From assembly GCA_017421025.1 (NCBI GenBank), contig JAFQME010000008.1:41858-105857 (forward strand): a stretch of DNA of 64,000 nt. The letters run 5' to 3'. Positions 41,542-50,787 of the stretch are shown here, in pieces. Below the pieces are notes generated by a model that searched no databases, was not told the DNA's origin, and worked only from the letters and a program-made list of their open reading frames with translations. This stretch comes from Oscillospiraceae bacterium. GTDB lineage: Bacteria > Bacillota > Clostridia > Oscillospirales > JAAYXM01. Position numbers and translations under genes: made by a program. Positions within the stretch are counted from its first letter, which is position 1. Each line of letters starts with the position of its first letter.

Positions 41542-42810
41542 TTAGAACAGAATCCGCAGCACGAATTGATCGTCTTGTGTTTTGAATTCATAAAATGCAT
41601 CGTACTTCTCACAAAACGCAACAATCGAGCGTGTGCCGAAACCGTGACCTGCCGCTTCGGTCACAGGCACACCGTCAGCGTCAAATTTCACCGCAGCACC
41701 AATGGTGTTTTTCACTTCCAGCATAAACTGCGGGGATGCAATCGACTTGATTTCAATGTGTCGGAGACCTTCCTCCACCGAGTCCTGTGCATGAATGGCG
41801 TTTTCGATTGCGTTTGCCAGAGCGGTCGCAAGCTCCACCTCATTCACCGGCAATGGGTCGGGGAAGTACAGTGCGGTGGTAACCGAAATCCCGGCAAGCT
41901 CCGCCTTGTGTAAGTAGGAGGAAAAGACCGCATCCAGGACCGCATTTTCACAGTACTTTTTCATTTTGGTCTCATCCAGCATCTCATTGTATTTGGAAAC
42001 CGTGGTGAGAAGCTCGTCGTATTTCTTCATCTCCACCAAGCGGCAAATGGTTTGGAGTTTGTGACGAAAATCGTGCCGCTCTTTGGAAAAGAGTGCGTTG
42101 GAGTCCGAGTATTCCTGAATTCGGCTTTGCACGGTGGCAACCTGCACCTTGAGCAGATTTTCCTGCTCCTTGCTCTCAAATGCGCTTTGCTGATGGCGCA
42201 GGGTGTTGAAAATATTGAGGTAGGAAATCGGCATCAAGACGAGCAGAATCAGGAAAACCGACATATGTTCCGGGTGTGCGGAACTTCCCGAATGGAAGTT
42301 GAGTGCGAGGGTGATCGCAATGTAAAACAACACCCCGGTCAGCGCAAAAATCCACCAACCCTTTTGTACCTCGTTTTGGACTTTGCGGTATATGGTCTTA
42401 AACCGGGCATACACCAACCACTCAATCAGCGGATAGGCAACCAGCCGGGACAGAAACAAAAACCAGTCCCCGGGGATGTAGCGGTCAATGATATTGGTGA
42501 TGTAAATCAACTCTAACACCAAGGTATCCACCATGCAAAACGTGAATACAAACCGTCCGCCTCGGTACTTTGCCAAAAACCAAAAGAACACAAAACTCGG
42601 CAGGCTCAGGGTAATCAGCATCAGTTTCATGTACCGATCAGCGCCAATCAAGAGAAACAAGACAAAATTCAACGCAATGAGCGGGAGAATGAACGATGCG
42701 GTGAGACGGAGCAGCTTGCGCTTGGGAAAGCGAGATTCAAAGAGCAGCAAAAACAGCACCAACGTGTGGACGAGGGACCAGATAATGGAAAAATCTTTCA
42801 GAAAGGTCAT
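41542..42810 (-). CDS. AgrC/VirS-like GHKL sensor kinase
   Basis: 6 TMs; RHDFRH, ANAIENAIHA and GHGFGTRSI. Confidence 0.88.
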   Translation of the reverse strand: MTFLKDFSIIWSLVHTLVLFLLLFESRFPKRKLLRLTASFILPLIALNFVLFLLIGADRYMKLMLITLSLPSFVFFWFLAKYRGGRFVFTFCMVDTLVLELIYITNIIDRYIPGDWFLFLSRLVAYPLIEWLVYARFKTIYRKVQNEVQKGWWIFALTGVLFYIAITLALNFHSGSSAHPEHMSVFLILLVLMPISYLNIFNTLRHQQSAFESKEQENLLKVQVATVQSRIQEYSDSNALFSKERHDFRHKLQTICRLVEMKKYDELLTTVSKYNEMLDETKMKKYCENAVLDAVFSSYLHKAELAGISVTTALYFPDPLPVNEVELATALANAIENAIHAQDSVEEGLRHIEIKSIASPQFMLEVKNTIGAAVKFDADGVPVTEAAGHGFGTRSIVAFCEKYDAFYEFKTQDDQFVLRILF

Positions 42811-43544
42811 CTGATTTTCACCTCATCCAAACAAAATTCGCACCACTTCGAGCGCACTTCACGGAGATTCTTTTTGCTCAGCGACAGGGTAGTGCCGCCT
42901 TTGAAGGTAATCAACTCGGAATCAATCTCAGAAATGTTTGCGAGGTTGAGCACCAAACTCGCCCCGAAACGGAAAAACCGAGGATCCTCACGCAACGCAT
43001 CGGTCGCCTCCGCAAAGGAGGAGCGCACCTGCGTGCTTTCCAGTTTCTTTCCGTTTGACAAATAAAATTCAATGATGCGGCGGTTGAGCGAAGCGTAGAG
43101 GATGCTGTCTAAGCCCACCTTCACCGTGCTGGCTTTGGTTTTTACCAAAATACTCTTGGAACGCTTTTCCAAAATCTCGCAGACCGCAGCGTCCACACAT
43201 TCGAAAAACCGCTTGTTGTCAATGGGTTTGAGGAGATAGTCAAACGCCTTTACCTGATAGGAGTGCAGGGCGAATTCATCACTGGAGGTCAGATAAATAA
43301 TCTTCCCGTCGCACCCAATCTCACGGAGTTGTTTTCCAAGTGCGATCCCGTCAACCTCGGGCATGACCACGTCTAAAATATAAAGATCAAATCCGCCGTG
43401 CTTGCTCACTGCCTCCAAAAGATCCTCGGCATGAGAAAACACCTCGGTGCTGATTGCATTACCGGAACGGGCAATGTATTCCTCCGTGGCAGACAGTGCT
43501 TCCGCCCTGAAAAAATCATCGTCATCGCAAATTGCAATCCTCAT
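42807..43544 (-). CDS. LytTR-family response regulator
   Basis: MRIAICDDD, LDVVMP, YLLKP and a C-terminal LytTR domain; start at ATG 43544. Confidence 0.9.
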   Translation of the reverse strand: MRIAICDDDDFFRAEALSATEEYIARSGNAISTEVFSHAEDLLEAVSKHGGFDLYILDVVMPEVDGIALGKQLREIGCDGKIIYLTSSDEFALHSYQVKAFDYLLKPIDNKRFFECVDAAVCEILEKRSKSILVKTKASTVKVGLDSILYASLNRRIIEFYLSNGKKLESTQVRSSFAEATDALREDPRFFRFGASLVLNLANISEIDSELITFKGGTTLSLSKKNLREVRSKWCEFCLDEVKIR

Positions 43545-43701
43545 GGTTTTCACCTCTTTCTGTGTTTCATTAAACCATGTTTTCGGGAAATTTTCAAGGC
43601 GAAGAATCAAAATATACTCAAAAATGGTCGAATTTGTCGCAAGACGGTTTTGCGGCATTTTTTATGTTATACTCAAATCATCAAACGAAAGGAAGTGCCA
43701 A

Positions 43702-44967
43702 ATGAAAGCGGTAATGAGGTTTGGAGCGGTGTTTGCCGCCACACTCACCCTGTTGTGGCTGCTGCTGTTTTTGACAGCCAAACTCCCCAATGAAGCACTC
43801 CGCCAAAACTACGAAAAAAGCGTTTGGCACTATGCAGACCAAGCGGTATATGAATCCCAAAACGGCGGCAAACTGAATGCGATCAAAGACAATTACGCCG
43901 ATGCAATCTGGTTGAATGTTGCGTGGCACATGGGGCAGGGCGGCTCGCTCGTCACCCATTACTACAACGGCGAAACCCTCGGCGAAAACGCAGGGCTTTA
44001 CCGCTCGGTTTTTGAAAATGCCGCACCCAATACCGATTACACACGCTATTGGCACGGTACCGCTCTCTTCATCCGCCTGCTGCATTTGTTCACCGATGTG
44101 CAGGGCATCAAAACGATCGGGTTTTTGACATTCCTCCTGCTTGCGGGTTTCACCCTCGTCCTGCTTGGAAGACGTCATTTGGATTTGGCGGTGCTTCTGA
44201 CGCTCTCGCTCTGTGCGGTGCAGATTTGGAACATCCGCCTCAGCATGGAATACCAACCCGCATTCCTGGTTGCCTTCCTGCTGCTCCCCGCAGCCTTGCT
44301 CCTGGAGCGGCGAGGGGACATCTGGCTGGAGCTGTTAAGCGTGATCGGCGGTGTTTCGGTCGCATTCTTCGATTTCCTCACTACCGAAACCGTCACGCTC
44401 TTACTCCCGCTTGCCGTGGTGATAGCGGTCCGTGGCAAAGAAGAACGGCTCGGCACTCGGAAAGAAACGCTTTTCTTACTTGTCAGGTGCGGCATCCTTT
44501 GGCTCGTATCCTATGGCGGGACGTTTCTGGTCAAGTGGGCTGCGGTCAGCCTGCTCGCCCGTGAAAACGCAATCGCCTCCGCAGTTGATTTCGCAAGTGT
44601 CCGGATGCTGGGCGGCACCGCAGACGACCCCTACAACAGCCCGGCACACTTCTTCTCCTGTATTTTGGCAAACCTCACCGTTCTGTTCGGCGGCACCGCC
44701 CGTGTCCAGGTCGGACGTGTGGTGCTGGGGCTTTCGCTCACAACAGTGGTACTGCTCTCGGTTTGGTATCTGTTTAGAAAGAAAGAACCGTCTCCCGCTT
44801 TGGTCCCGTTGTTGGGGCTCGGAAGTTTGGTGTTTTTACGATTCCTTGTGTTAAACAATCACTCATACGTCCATGAGTTTTTCGTCTACCGTGCCTTGGT
44901 CAGTACCATCTTTTCGGTGCTTGGCGCAGTGTGGCTGAGTCTCAAACGGAACAGGAGGCGATTGTGA
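43702..44967 (+). CDS. Polytopic membrane protein, putative GT-C-fold glycosyltransferase
   Basis: N-terminal TM, large loop with YTRYWHG, FFDFLT, NHSYVH..F.YR; coupled to a GT2 gene. Confidence 0.6.
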   Translation: MKAVMRFGAVFAATLTLLWLLLFLTAKLPNEALRQNYEKSVWHYADQAVYESQNGGKLNAIKDNYADAIWLNVAWHMGQGGSLVTHYYNGETLGENAGLYRSVFENAAPNTDYTRYWHGTALFIRLLHLFTDVQGIKTIGFLTFLLLAGFTLVLLGRRHLDLAVLLTLSLCAVQIWNIRLSMEYQPAFLVAFLLLPAALLLERRGDIWLELLSVIGGVSVAFFDFLTTETVTLLLPLAVVIAVRGKEERLGTRKETLFLLVRCGILWLVSYGGTFLVKWAAVSLLARENAIASAVDFASVRMLGGTADDPYNSPAHFFSCILANLTVLFGGTARVQVGRVVLGLSLTTVVLLSVWYLFRKKEPSPALVPLLGLGSLVFLRFLVLNNHSYVHEFFVYRALVSTIFSVLGAVWLSLKRNRRRL

Positions 44968-45677
44968 TGGAAGTGACCTTCTTATTGCCTTGTTTAGATG
45001 AAGCGGAGAGCATCGGCTTCTGCATCGACGAAATCAAGGCCGCCATTGACCGCCTGGGTCTTTCCGCTGAAATCTTGGTTGCGGACAACGGCTCTGCCGA
45101 CCGCTCACGGGAAATCGCCCTTCAAAACGGCGCCCGAGTGGTGGAACTCTCCGATCGTGGCTACGGCAACGCTCTCAAAGGCGGCATCCAAGCCGCAAAA
45201 GGGAAGTACGTCATCATGGGCGACTGTGACGGCAGTTACGACTTCTCCCACCCCGAGCGATTCTTACAAGCCCTGCGCAGCGGTGCCGCCCTGGTTGTGG
45301 GCGACCGATTCGCAGGCGGGATCGCACCCGGCGCAATGCCGCTTTCTCACCGCATCGGAGTCCCGCTCCTTTCCGCATTGGCACGCTGGCGGTTTCATAC
45401 CACCGTCCGTGATTTCCATTGTGGCTTGCGTGGGTTTGAACGGGAAGCCGCACTCAACCTCGCCCTGCAATCTCCCGGCATGGAGTTTGCAACCGAACTC
45501 ATTGCCAAATTCGCCCAAAGCGGAGCATCCATCGCACAAGTCCCCACTCCGCTTCGGTGTGACAAGCGTCTTGGCAAGTCCCATCTTCGCACATTCCGAG
45601 ACGGTTTCAGACATCTCGGCTATATCATGAAAAACGGAGGATCAAAACATGAAACAAAGAATCAAAGGTCTGGTTAG
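44967..45677 (+). CDS. GT2 polyprenol-phosphate glycosyltransferase (DPM1-like)
   Basis: PCLDEA, ADNGSAD, RGYGNAL, MGDCDGSY, DFHCGLR and SHLRTFRDG. Confidence 0.88.
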   Translation: MEVTFLLPCLDEAESIGFCIDEIKAAIDRLGLSAEILVADNGSADRSREIALQNGARVVELSDRGYGNALKGGIQAAKGKYVIMGDCDGSYDFSHPERFLQALRSGAALVVGDRFAGGIAPGAMPLSHRIGVPLLSALARWRFHTTVRDFHCGLRGFEREAALNLALQSPGMEFATELIAKFAQSGASIAQVPTPLRCDKRLGKSHLRTFRDGFRHLGYIMKNGGSKHETKNQRSG

Positions 45678-47814
45678 CTTATGGCTTGCAGTGCTCCTGC
45701 TGGTCGGAAACGTTGCGTCAGCCGCATCGGGTGTGCTCGCAGAATACGTCCGTTACTACGACGGCGAGGAAACACTCGAGGTCGGGACCTACCTCTATGA
45801 AGGCTACACCGAACTCAGCGATGTGGAATACGGCGACGATGCCGCAACTCTTGCGGAGCAGTTGGGATCCCATCTGGAAATCCCGGACGGAATGGAACAC
45901 ACAGGCTGGAATTTCTGGCTGATGAACGATTGCGGCGCAATCATTTCCGGTCCGGAAGAAAAGGCAACGGACGCAACCCTTGCCGAAAGCGATGCGTCGG
46001 CACTTTCTTATTCGGTCCGCCTGCTGATTACTCCGCTCTTTGCGGCAAAAACCTACACCGTCACCTGGAACAACCATGACGGAAACGAACTGGAAGTGGA
46101 CCACGACGTGGCATACGGCGCAACTCCGGAATACAACGGCGCAACCCCGGAAAAGGCGGCGGATGACGATTATACCTACACGTTCGACAACTGGTCGCCG
46201 AGCATTACCCCGGTCACAGGGGATGCCACCTACACCGCAGTTTTCACCTCCACCCCAATCGTGCGCCACACGGTAACCTTTGAAACCAACGGCGGAAGTG
46301 CAATCTCGGATGTGCAGGTAAAAGACGGGGAAGTCCTGTCTGTCCCGACCGCCCCGACCAAGTCCGGACACACCTTCAAAGGCTGGTACAAAGATGCCGG
46401 GTTGAGCGCAGAATACGACTTCAGCCTTCCGGTCAACGAGAATTTCACCCTCTATGCAAAGTGGGAGTTGGCGCAGAGCCAGTACACCGTCACCTGGAAT
46501 AACCATGACGGAAACGAACTGGAAGTGGACCACGACGTGGCATACGGCGCAACTCCGGAATACAACGGCGCAACCCCGGAAAAGGCGGCGGATGACGATT
46601 ATACCTACACGTTCGACGGCTGGTCGCCGAGCGTTACCCCGGTCACAGGGGATGTCACCTACACCGCAGTTTTCACCTCCACCCCAATCGTGCGCCACAC
46701 GATAACCTTTGAAACCAACGGCGGAAGCGCAATCTCGGATGCGCAGGTGAAAGACGGGGAAGTCCTGTCTGTCCCGACCGCCCCGACCAAGTCCGGCTAT
46801 ACTTTCAAAGGCTGGTACAAAGATGTCGGGTTGAGCGCAGAGTACGACTTCAGCCTTCCGGTCAACGAGAATTTCACCCTCTATGCAAAGTGGGAAAAGA
46901 AAACAAACTCCGGCGGTGGCGGCGGGGGAGGGATCACCCTTTACGTCGTGCGCTTTGAAACCAACGGCGGAAGCAAAGTCCCCAATGCGGCGGTGGTCCG
47001 TAAGGCAAAACTGACCCGCCCGGCCAATCCGACCAAAGACGGATTCACCTTCGGCGGCTGGTATGCCGACACAGCACTGGAAACCCCGTATGATTTCAAT
47101 ACTGCGGTCACATCCAACTTCACCCTGTATGCGAAATGGAACTCCGACAGCACCGTGTCGGATCTCCTGAACACTGCAGAACATTCCGCTTATGTGTTCG
47201 GCTATCAGGATCGGACCGTGCGTCCGGAAGACAATATCACCCGTGCAGAGACCGCAGAAATCTTCTTCCGTCTCTTGAACGCTGAGACCCGTGCAAAGTA
47301 TCTGAGCGAAGAAAACGGCTTTGCCGATGTTCCTGCATCCGCATGGTACCACCGCTCGGTCTCCACCATGGAAAAACTCGGAATCCTCAAAGGCAGAACC
47401 GACACCGAATTTGTCCCGAATGCATGGATCACCCGTGCGGAATTTGCGGCAATCTGTGCAAGATTTGACGCTTCGAAGTTTGAAGAGACCCAAACCTTTA
47501 CCGATATCGAGGGGCATTGGGCAGAAGAAGAAATCCTCGAAGCGGCGGCACACGGCTGGATCTGCGGCTACGAAGACGGCTCGTTCCGTCCGGAAGCCCC
47601 CATCACCCGTGCCGAAGCAATCACCCTCATCAACAGAATGTTGGAACGTACCCCGAAATCCAAAGAATCCCTGCATGTTGATATGGTGACCTGGTTGGAT
47701 AACAGCGATGAGGATGCGTGGTATTACCTCGCGATCCAGGAAGCAACCAACGACCACGAATATACCAAAAACGTGGACGGAAGCGAAACATGGAGTAGAG
47801 TCAATCAGAAATGA
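45649..47814 (+). CDS. SLH surface protein with Listeria-Bacteroides (InlB B-type) repeats
   Basis: Signal peptide; FETNGGS...PTK.G.TF.GWY...FTLYAKW repeats; poly-Gly linker; SLH ITRAE motifs. Confidence 0.9.
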   Translation: MKQRIKGLVSLWLAVLLLVGNVASAASGVLAEYVRYYDGEETLEVGTYLYEGYTELSDVEYGDDAATLAEQLGSHLEIPDGMEHTGWNFWLMNDCGAIISGPEEKATDATLAESDASALSYSVRLLITPLFAAKTYTVTWNNHDGNELEVDHDVAYGATPEYNGATPEKAADDDYTYTFDNWSPSITPVTGDATYTAVFTSTPIVRHTVTFETNGGSAISDVQVKDGEVLSVPTAPTKSGHTFKGWYKDAGLSAEYDFSLPVNENFTLYAKWELAQSQYTVTWNNHDGNELEVDHDVAYGATPEYNGATPEKAADDDYTYTFDGWSPSVTPVTGDVTYTAVFTSTPIVRHTITFETNGGSAISDAQVKDGEVLSVPTAPTKSGYTFKGWYKDVGLSAEYDFSLPVNENFTLYAKWEKKTNSGGGGGGGITLYVVRFETNGGSKVPNAAVVRKAKLTRPANPTKDGFTFGGWYADTALETPYDFNTAVTSNFTLYAKWNSDSTVSDLLNTAEHSAYVFGYQDRTVRPEDNITRAETAEIFFRLLNAETRAKYLSEENGFADVPASAWYHRSVSTMEKLGILKGRTDTEFVPNAWITRAEFAAICARFDASKFEETQTFTDIEGHWAEEEILEAAAHGWICGYEDGSFRPEAPITRAEAITLINRMLERTPKSKESLHVDMVTWLDNSDEDAWYYLAIQEATNDHEYTKNVDGSETWSRVNQK
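46054..46895 (+). repeat. Near-identical 413-bp intragenic direct duplication (period 429 bp)
   Basis: 46054-46466 vs 46483-46895, differing at scattered positions. Confidence 0.92.
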
Positions 47815-47827
47815 GGGGTGCGAAGTG

Positions 47828-48172
47828 TTGAGAAAAAAAGAACTCTTAAACCTTCACAAGAATATCCGTGTTGCAATTTGCGGTGATCTCCCCACAGCCC
47901 GCAGGACCCTGCGTGAAATCGGGGTTTCCAAAATCGACCAGTATGACGATGCAATCAACGCTTGCTTCAAACTGCGAAGCGGTGAGACATATCACCTGAT
48001 TCTGGTCTATGCCCCGCAGGGCGAGGGCCTGGTGGCTGAAATGCCCTACAAAATCGAATGCGAAGGGGAGTGGAAATCCGTTCCCATCAAACTCCTAAAC
48101 GAGCCACCGTGTGAGAGTGCCCTGCTTGAGTTGGAACTCGCAGTCCAAGAAATTGCAAGCAAGCAAAACTAA
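47828..48172 (+). CDS. Small hypothetical protein, degenerate receiver-like fold
   Basis: IRVAICGD...YHLILVY...VPIKLL pattern lacking canonical Asp residues; RBS GAGGGG. Confidence 0.5.
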   Translation: MRKKELLNLHKNIRVAICGDLPTARRTLREIGVSKIDQYDDAINACFKLRSGETYHLILVYAPQGEGLVAEMPYKIECEGEWKSVPIKLLNEPPCESALLELELAVQEIASKQN

Positions 48173-48190
48173 TCCAAAAAGAGCCGCCGA

Positions 48191-48291
48191 AAGGCGTCAT
48201 CCCTTAGGGAGAAATCGGCTTTGAACCGCCCTTTTCCGCAAATACTGCATCAAAAAGCACCGATATCCGTCAGGATGATCGGTGCTTTTTT
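48191..48291. mobile_element. Structured intergenic repeat, copy 2 (left half only)
   Basis: TAGGGAGAAATCGGCTTTGA...ACTGCATCAAAAAGCACCGATATCCGTCAGGATGATCGGTGCTTTTT, highly similar to 12128-12215. Confidence 0.7.
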
Positions 48292-48721
48292 ATCCCAATT
48301 TTACGTAAGACGCCCGCTCTAAATAATCAACAAAATACGGCATTTTGTCGTAGATATCAATCCCGGTCATCACGACAGCAGTCGTCTTTCGGCGGGAAAT
48401 GCAGTTGACCAACAAACAAATCTCGGCCAAAGTCGAGGTCTTCCCGGCAAGAAAATCCACATCCTCAATCGCAAGCACCTTGCATCTGCACAGCAGGGAA
48501 GCAAAATCCTCGGTCAGATGCTTTGCGGAACGATGTTTCTTTAAGTACCCGGAAATCTCCCGTGCAAGCGTCTCATAAGATAAAACCAGAATCTCATCGG
48601 GGCGTTCCCGCTTCTGCTTTTGAAGCGAAAGCGTTTTCCCAAATCCGCTTGGGGCGTCTAAAATCAAGACATCTCCGGGAGTCAGCCTGTCGAGCAATTC
48701 CTGTATGTTCCTTTGTTCCAT
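48290..48721 (-). CDS. Stand-alone DnaA/Hda-like AAA+ core (143 aa)
   Basis: Walker A APSGFGKT; Walker B region LAIEDVDFLAGKTSTLAE resembles DnaA LLIDDIQFLAGK; RBS GGAGG. Confidence 0.65.
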   Translation of the reverse strand: MEQRNIQELLDRLTPGDVLILDAPSGFGKTLSLQKQKRERPDEILVLSYETLAREISGYLKKHRSAKHLTEDFASLLCRCKVLAIEDVDFLAGKTSTLAEICLLVNCISRRKTTAVVMTGIDIYDKMPYFVDYLERASYVKLG

Positions 48722-48758
48722 AACGCCTCCTTGTGTCTGTGAAAAATGAAAAAGAAAC

Positions 48759-48792
48759 AAAAAGAGAGAGACCAAACGATCTCTCTCTTTTT
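48759..48792 (-). terminator. Terminator after tRNA-Leu
   Basis: AAAAAGAGAGAGA...TCTCTCTCTTTTT. Confidence 0.75.
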
Positions 48793-48877
48793 TGGTGCGA
48801 GTGACGAGACTTGAACTCGTACGCCATAAGACACACGCCCCTCAAACGTGCCTGTCTGCCGATTCCAGCACACTCGC
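48793..48877 (-). tRNA. tRNA-Leu(GAG)
   Basis: Reverse complement GCGAGTGTGCTGGAATCGGCAGACAGGCACGT-TTGAGGG-GCGTG...GTTCAAGTC...GCACCA. Confidence 0.96.
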
Positions 48878-48904
48878 AAATCTGTTTTCTAAACAGCATC
48901 ATTT

Positions 48905-48933
48905 ATTATAGTCGAAACCGATTCGTTTGTCAA
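48905..48933 (-). promoter_or_regulatory. Consensus sigmaA promoter of tRNA-Leu
   Basis: TTGACA-17-TATAAT on the minus strand. Confidence 0.8.
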
Positions 48934-48999
48934 GCAAAATTTTCAGAAAAAAAGGTTGCATTTTTTTTCTTCCTAGCGTACAATAAAAATACAATAGAA

Positions 49000-49113
49000 G
49001 TCTTCGGGGCGGGGTGCAATTCCCCACCGGCGGTGAAAGCCCGCGAGCCGCATTTTCTGCGGTTGAATTGGTGAAATTCCAATGCCGACGGTATAGTCCG
49101 GATGAAAGAAGAC
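49000..49113 (+). ncRNA. FMN riboswitch (RFN element)
   Basis: TCTTCGGGGCGGGGTGCAATTCCCCACCGGCGGT...AGCCCGCGAG...GGTGAAATTCC...GCCGACGGTATAGTCCGGATGAAAGAAGA. Confidence 0.96.
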
Positions 49114-49132
49114 GGCAACGTTCCGTTTGTCC

Positions 49133-49167
49133 AACGCCCTTGACGCAGTCTGTCGGGGGCGTTTTTT
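49133..49167 (+). terminator. Riboswitch-controlled terminator
   Basis: AACGCCCTTGAC...GTCGGGGGCGTT plus T run. Confidence 0.8.
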
Positions 49168-49194
49168 CGTTCCCAATCGAAAGGAGAACACACA

Positions 49195-49719
49195 ATGAAA
49201 CTCAAAAAACTCACCGGTGCCGCAATCCTGAGCGGCCTCTCCATCGCACTGATGTACCTGCTTCGGATTCCCATGCCGGGTGCACCGTTTCTGGAATACG
49301 ATATGGCAGACATCCCGATTTTAATCGGCACCTTTGCCTACGGTCCGCTTGCGGGGTTTGCCATGACCCTGGTGGTCAGCGTCATCCAGGGCGTGACGGT
49401 AAGTGCTGCGAGCAGTTGGTATGGGATCGTGATGCACGTTCTCGCAACCGGAAGCTTCGTTTTGACTGCGGGCAACCTTTATCAAGGGAATCACACCAAA
49501 AAGGGTGCAGGCATCGCACTCGCATTCGGCTCGTTGGTGCAGGTAATTGTCATGTTCTTTGCAAACCTGCTCATCACCCCGTTTTATATGGGGATGGAGG
49601 TGCGGGCGGTCCTCTCGTTTATGCCGATCATCATGCTCTTTAACGTGCTGCGTGTCATCATCAACTCGGCGGTCACATTCGTGACCTACAAAGGTGTCCG
49701 TCACGTTTTGCCAAAATAA
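49195..49719 (+). CDS. ribU: Riboflavin ECF transporter S component
   Basis: FLEYDMADIPILIGTFAYGP; lies behind the FMN riboswitch. Confidence 0.85.
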   Translation: MKLKKLTGAAILSGLSIALMYLLRIPMPGAPFLEYDMADIPILIGTFAYGPLAGFAMTLVVSVIQGVTVSAASSWYGIVMHVLATGSFVLTAGNLYQGNHTKKGAGIALAFGSLVQVIVMFFANLLITPFYMGMEVRAVLSFMPIIMLFNVLRVIINSAVTFVTYKGVRHVLPK

Positions 49720-49727
49720 ATTCGTTC

Positions 49728-49753
49728 TCATAAAGCCTCTTTCTGCATATATT
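49728..49753 (+). promoter_or_regulatory. Candidate sigmaE (sporulation) promoter
   Basis: TCATAA...CATATATT resembles the sigmaE -35 ATA / -10 CATAcaaT. Confidence 0.45.
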
Positions 49754-49779
49754 CTCAATAAGGGAATTCCGGAAGGAGG

Positions 49780-50787
49780 ATGTATATGGACCGATATTTG
49801 CCCGAAGGGGCATTGTTACATACCGAAGCAAACCAAACCCTTTCGCAAACGACGGCAGGACTTCGCACCGCAATGGAGAAACGCATCATCCTGGAGGGGA
49901 CTGCGGTTATGTGCGATACCGCCCACAACCTCACCGTGCAGGTGGGAGAGTTTACCGGGATCATTCCGCGTGAGGAAGCCGCACTCGGGATCGAGAGCGG
50001 GAAAACACGGGATATTGCAATTCTCTCACGGGTGGGAAAGCCGGTTTGCTTTGTGGTTTGCGGCATGGATTCCTTGGAAGGGAGACCGCTTCTGCACCTG
50101 TCACGCAAGGCAGCGCAAGAGCGGGCACTGGCGCATTTGATGCGTACACTCACACCGGGCGACATCATCCCGGCTCGGGTGACACACTTAGAGCCGTTTG
50201 GTGCGTTTGTAGACATCGGGTGCGGTAACATCGCACTTGCGGGAATCGAAAACCTTTCGGTTTCTCGCATCTCTCACCCCAAAGACCGCATGGCGGTAGG
50301 ACAGGAGATTTTCGCTGTTGTCCGTGCAATCGACCGAGCCGCCGCACGGGTCACACTGACCCATCGGGAGCTTTTGGGGACATGGCAGGAAAATGCCGCT
50401 CGTTTTGAAGCGGGGCAGACCGTCCGAGGCGTCGTGCGAGGGGTGGAGGAATACGGCATCTTTGTGGAACTTGCCCCCAACCTCTCGGGCCTTGCCGAGA
50501 AGAAAGAGGGCGTCGGAGAGGGGGATGCGGTTTCGGTCTTTATCAAAAGCATTGTCCCGGAGCGGATGAAGATCAAGCTTGTGGTGATTGACGTGTTTGG
50601 GCAGGGAGGACTTTCTCCCGTGACCCGTTCCGATTATTTCCTCACCGAGGGACACTTGGATGTATGGGAATACTCGCCCTCAGTTTGCGAACACAAACGA
50701 ATTTTTACCGATTTCAAACAAATCCCCGACCTTGAGGCGGTTGGTCTAAGGGATCAATCGCTTGAAAGGGGCATTTTTCGTCCATAA
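49780..50787 (+). CDS. S1 RNA-binding protein with three S1 domains (ribosomal protein S1 paralog)
   Basis: PFGAFVDIG, SRISHP and EEYGIFVELAPNLSGL. Confidence 0.85.
   Translation: MYMDRYLPEGALLHTEANQTLSQTTAGLRTAMEKRIILEGTAVMCDTAHNLTVQVGEFTGIIPREEAALGIESGKTRDIAILSRVGKPVCFVVCGMDSLEGRPLLHLSRKAAQERALAHLMRTLTPGDIIPARVTHLEPFGAFVDIGCGNIALAGIENLSVSRISHPKDRMAVGQEIFAVVRAIDRAAARVTLTHRELLGTWQENAARFEAGQTVRGVVRGVEEYGIFVELAPNLSGLAEKKEGVGEGDAVSVFIKSIVPERMKIKLVVIDVFGQGGLSPVTRSDYFLTEGHLDVWEYSPSVCEHKRIFTDFKQIPDLEAVGLRDQSLERGIFRP

Noticed and set aside
43447-43701. Long N-terminal extensions in the ORF track (43447, 43658, 35361, 22075, 57901)
   Set aside because: They overlap neighbouring genes or promoters; downstream ATG starts fit RBS position and/or family N-termini better.
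46054-46895. Near-identical repeat pair as a possible DGR template/variable region
   Set aside because: Both copies are in frame within one gene, mismatches are not confined to adenines, and no reverse transcriptase is present.
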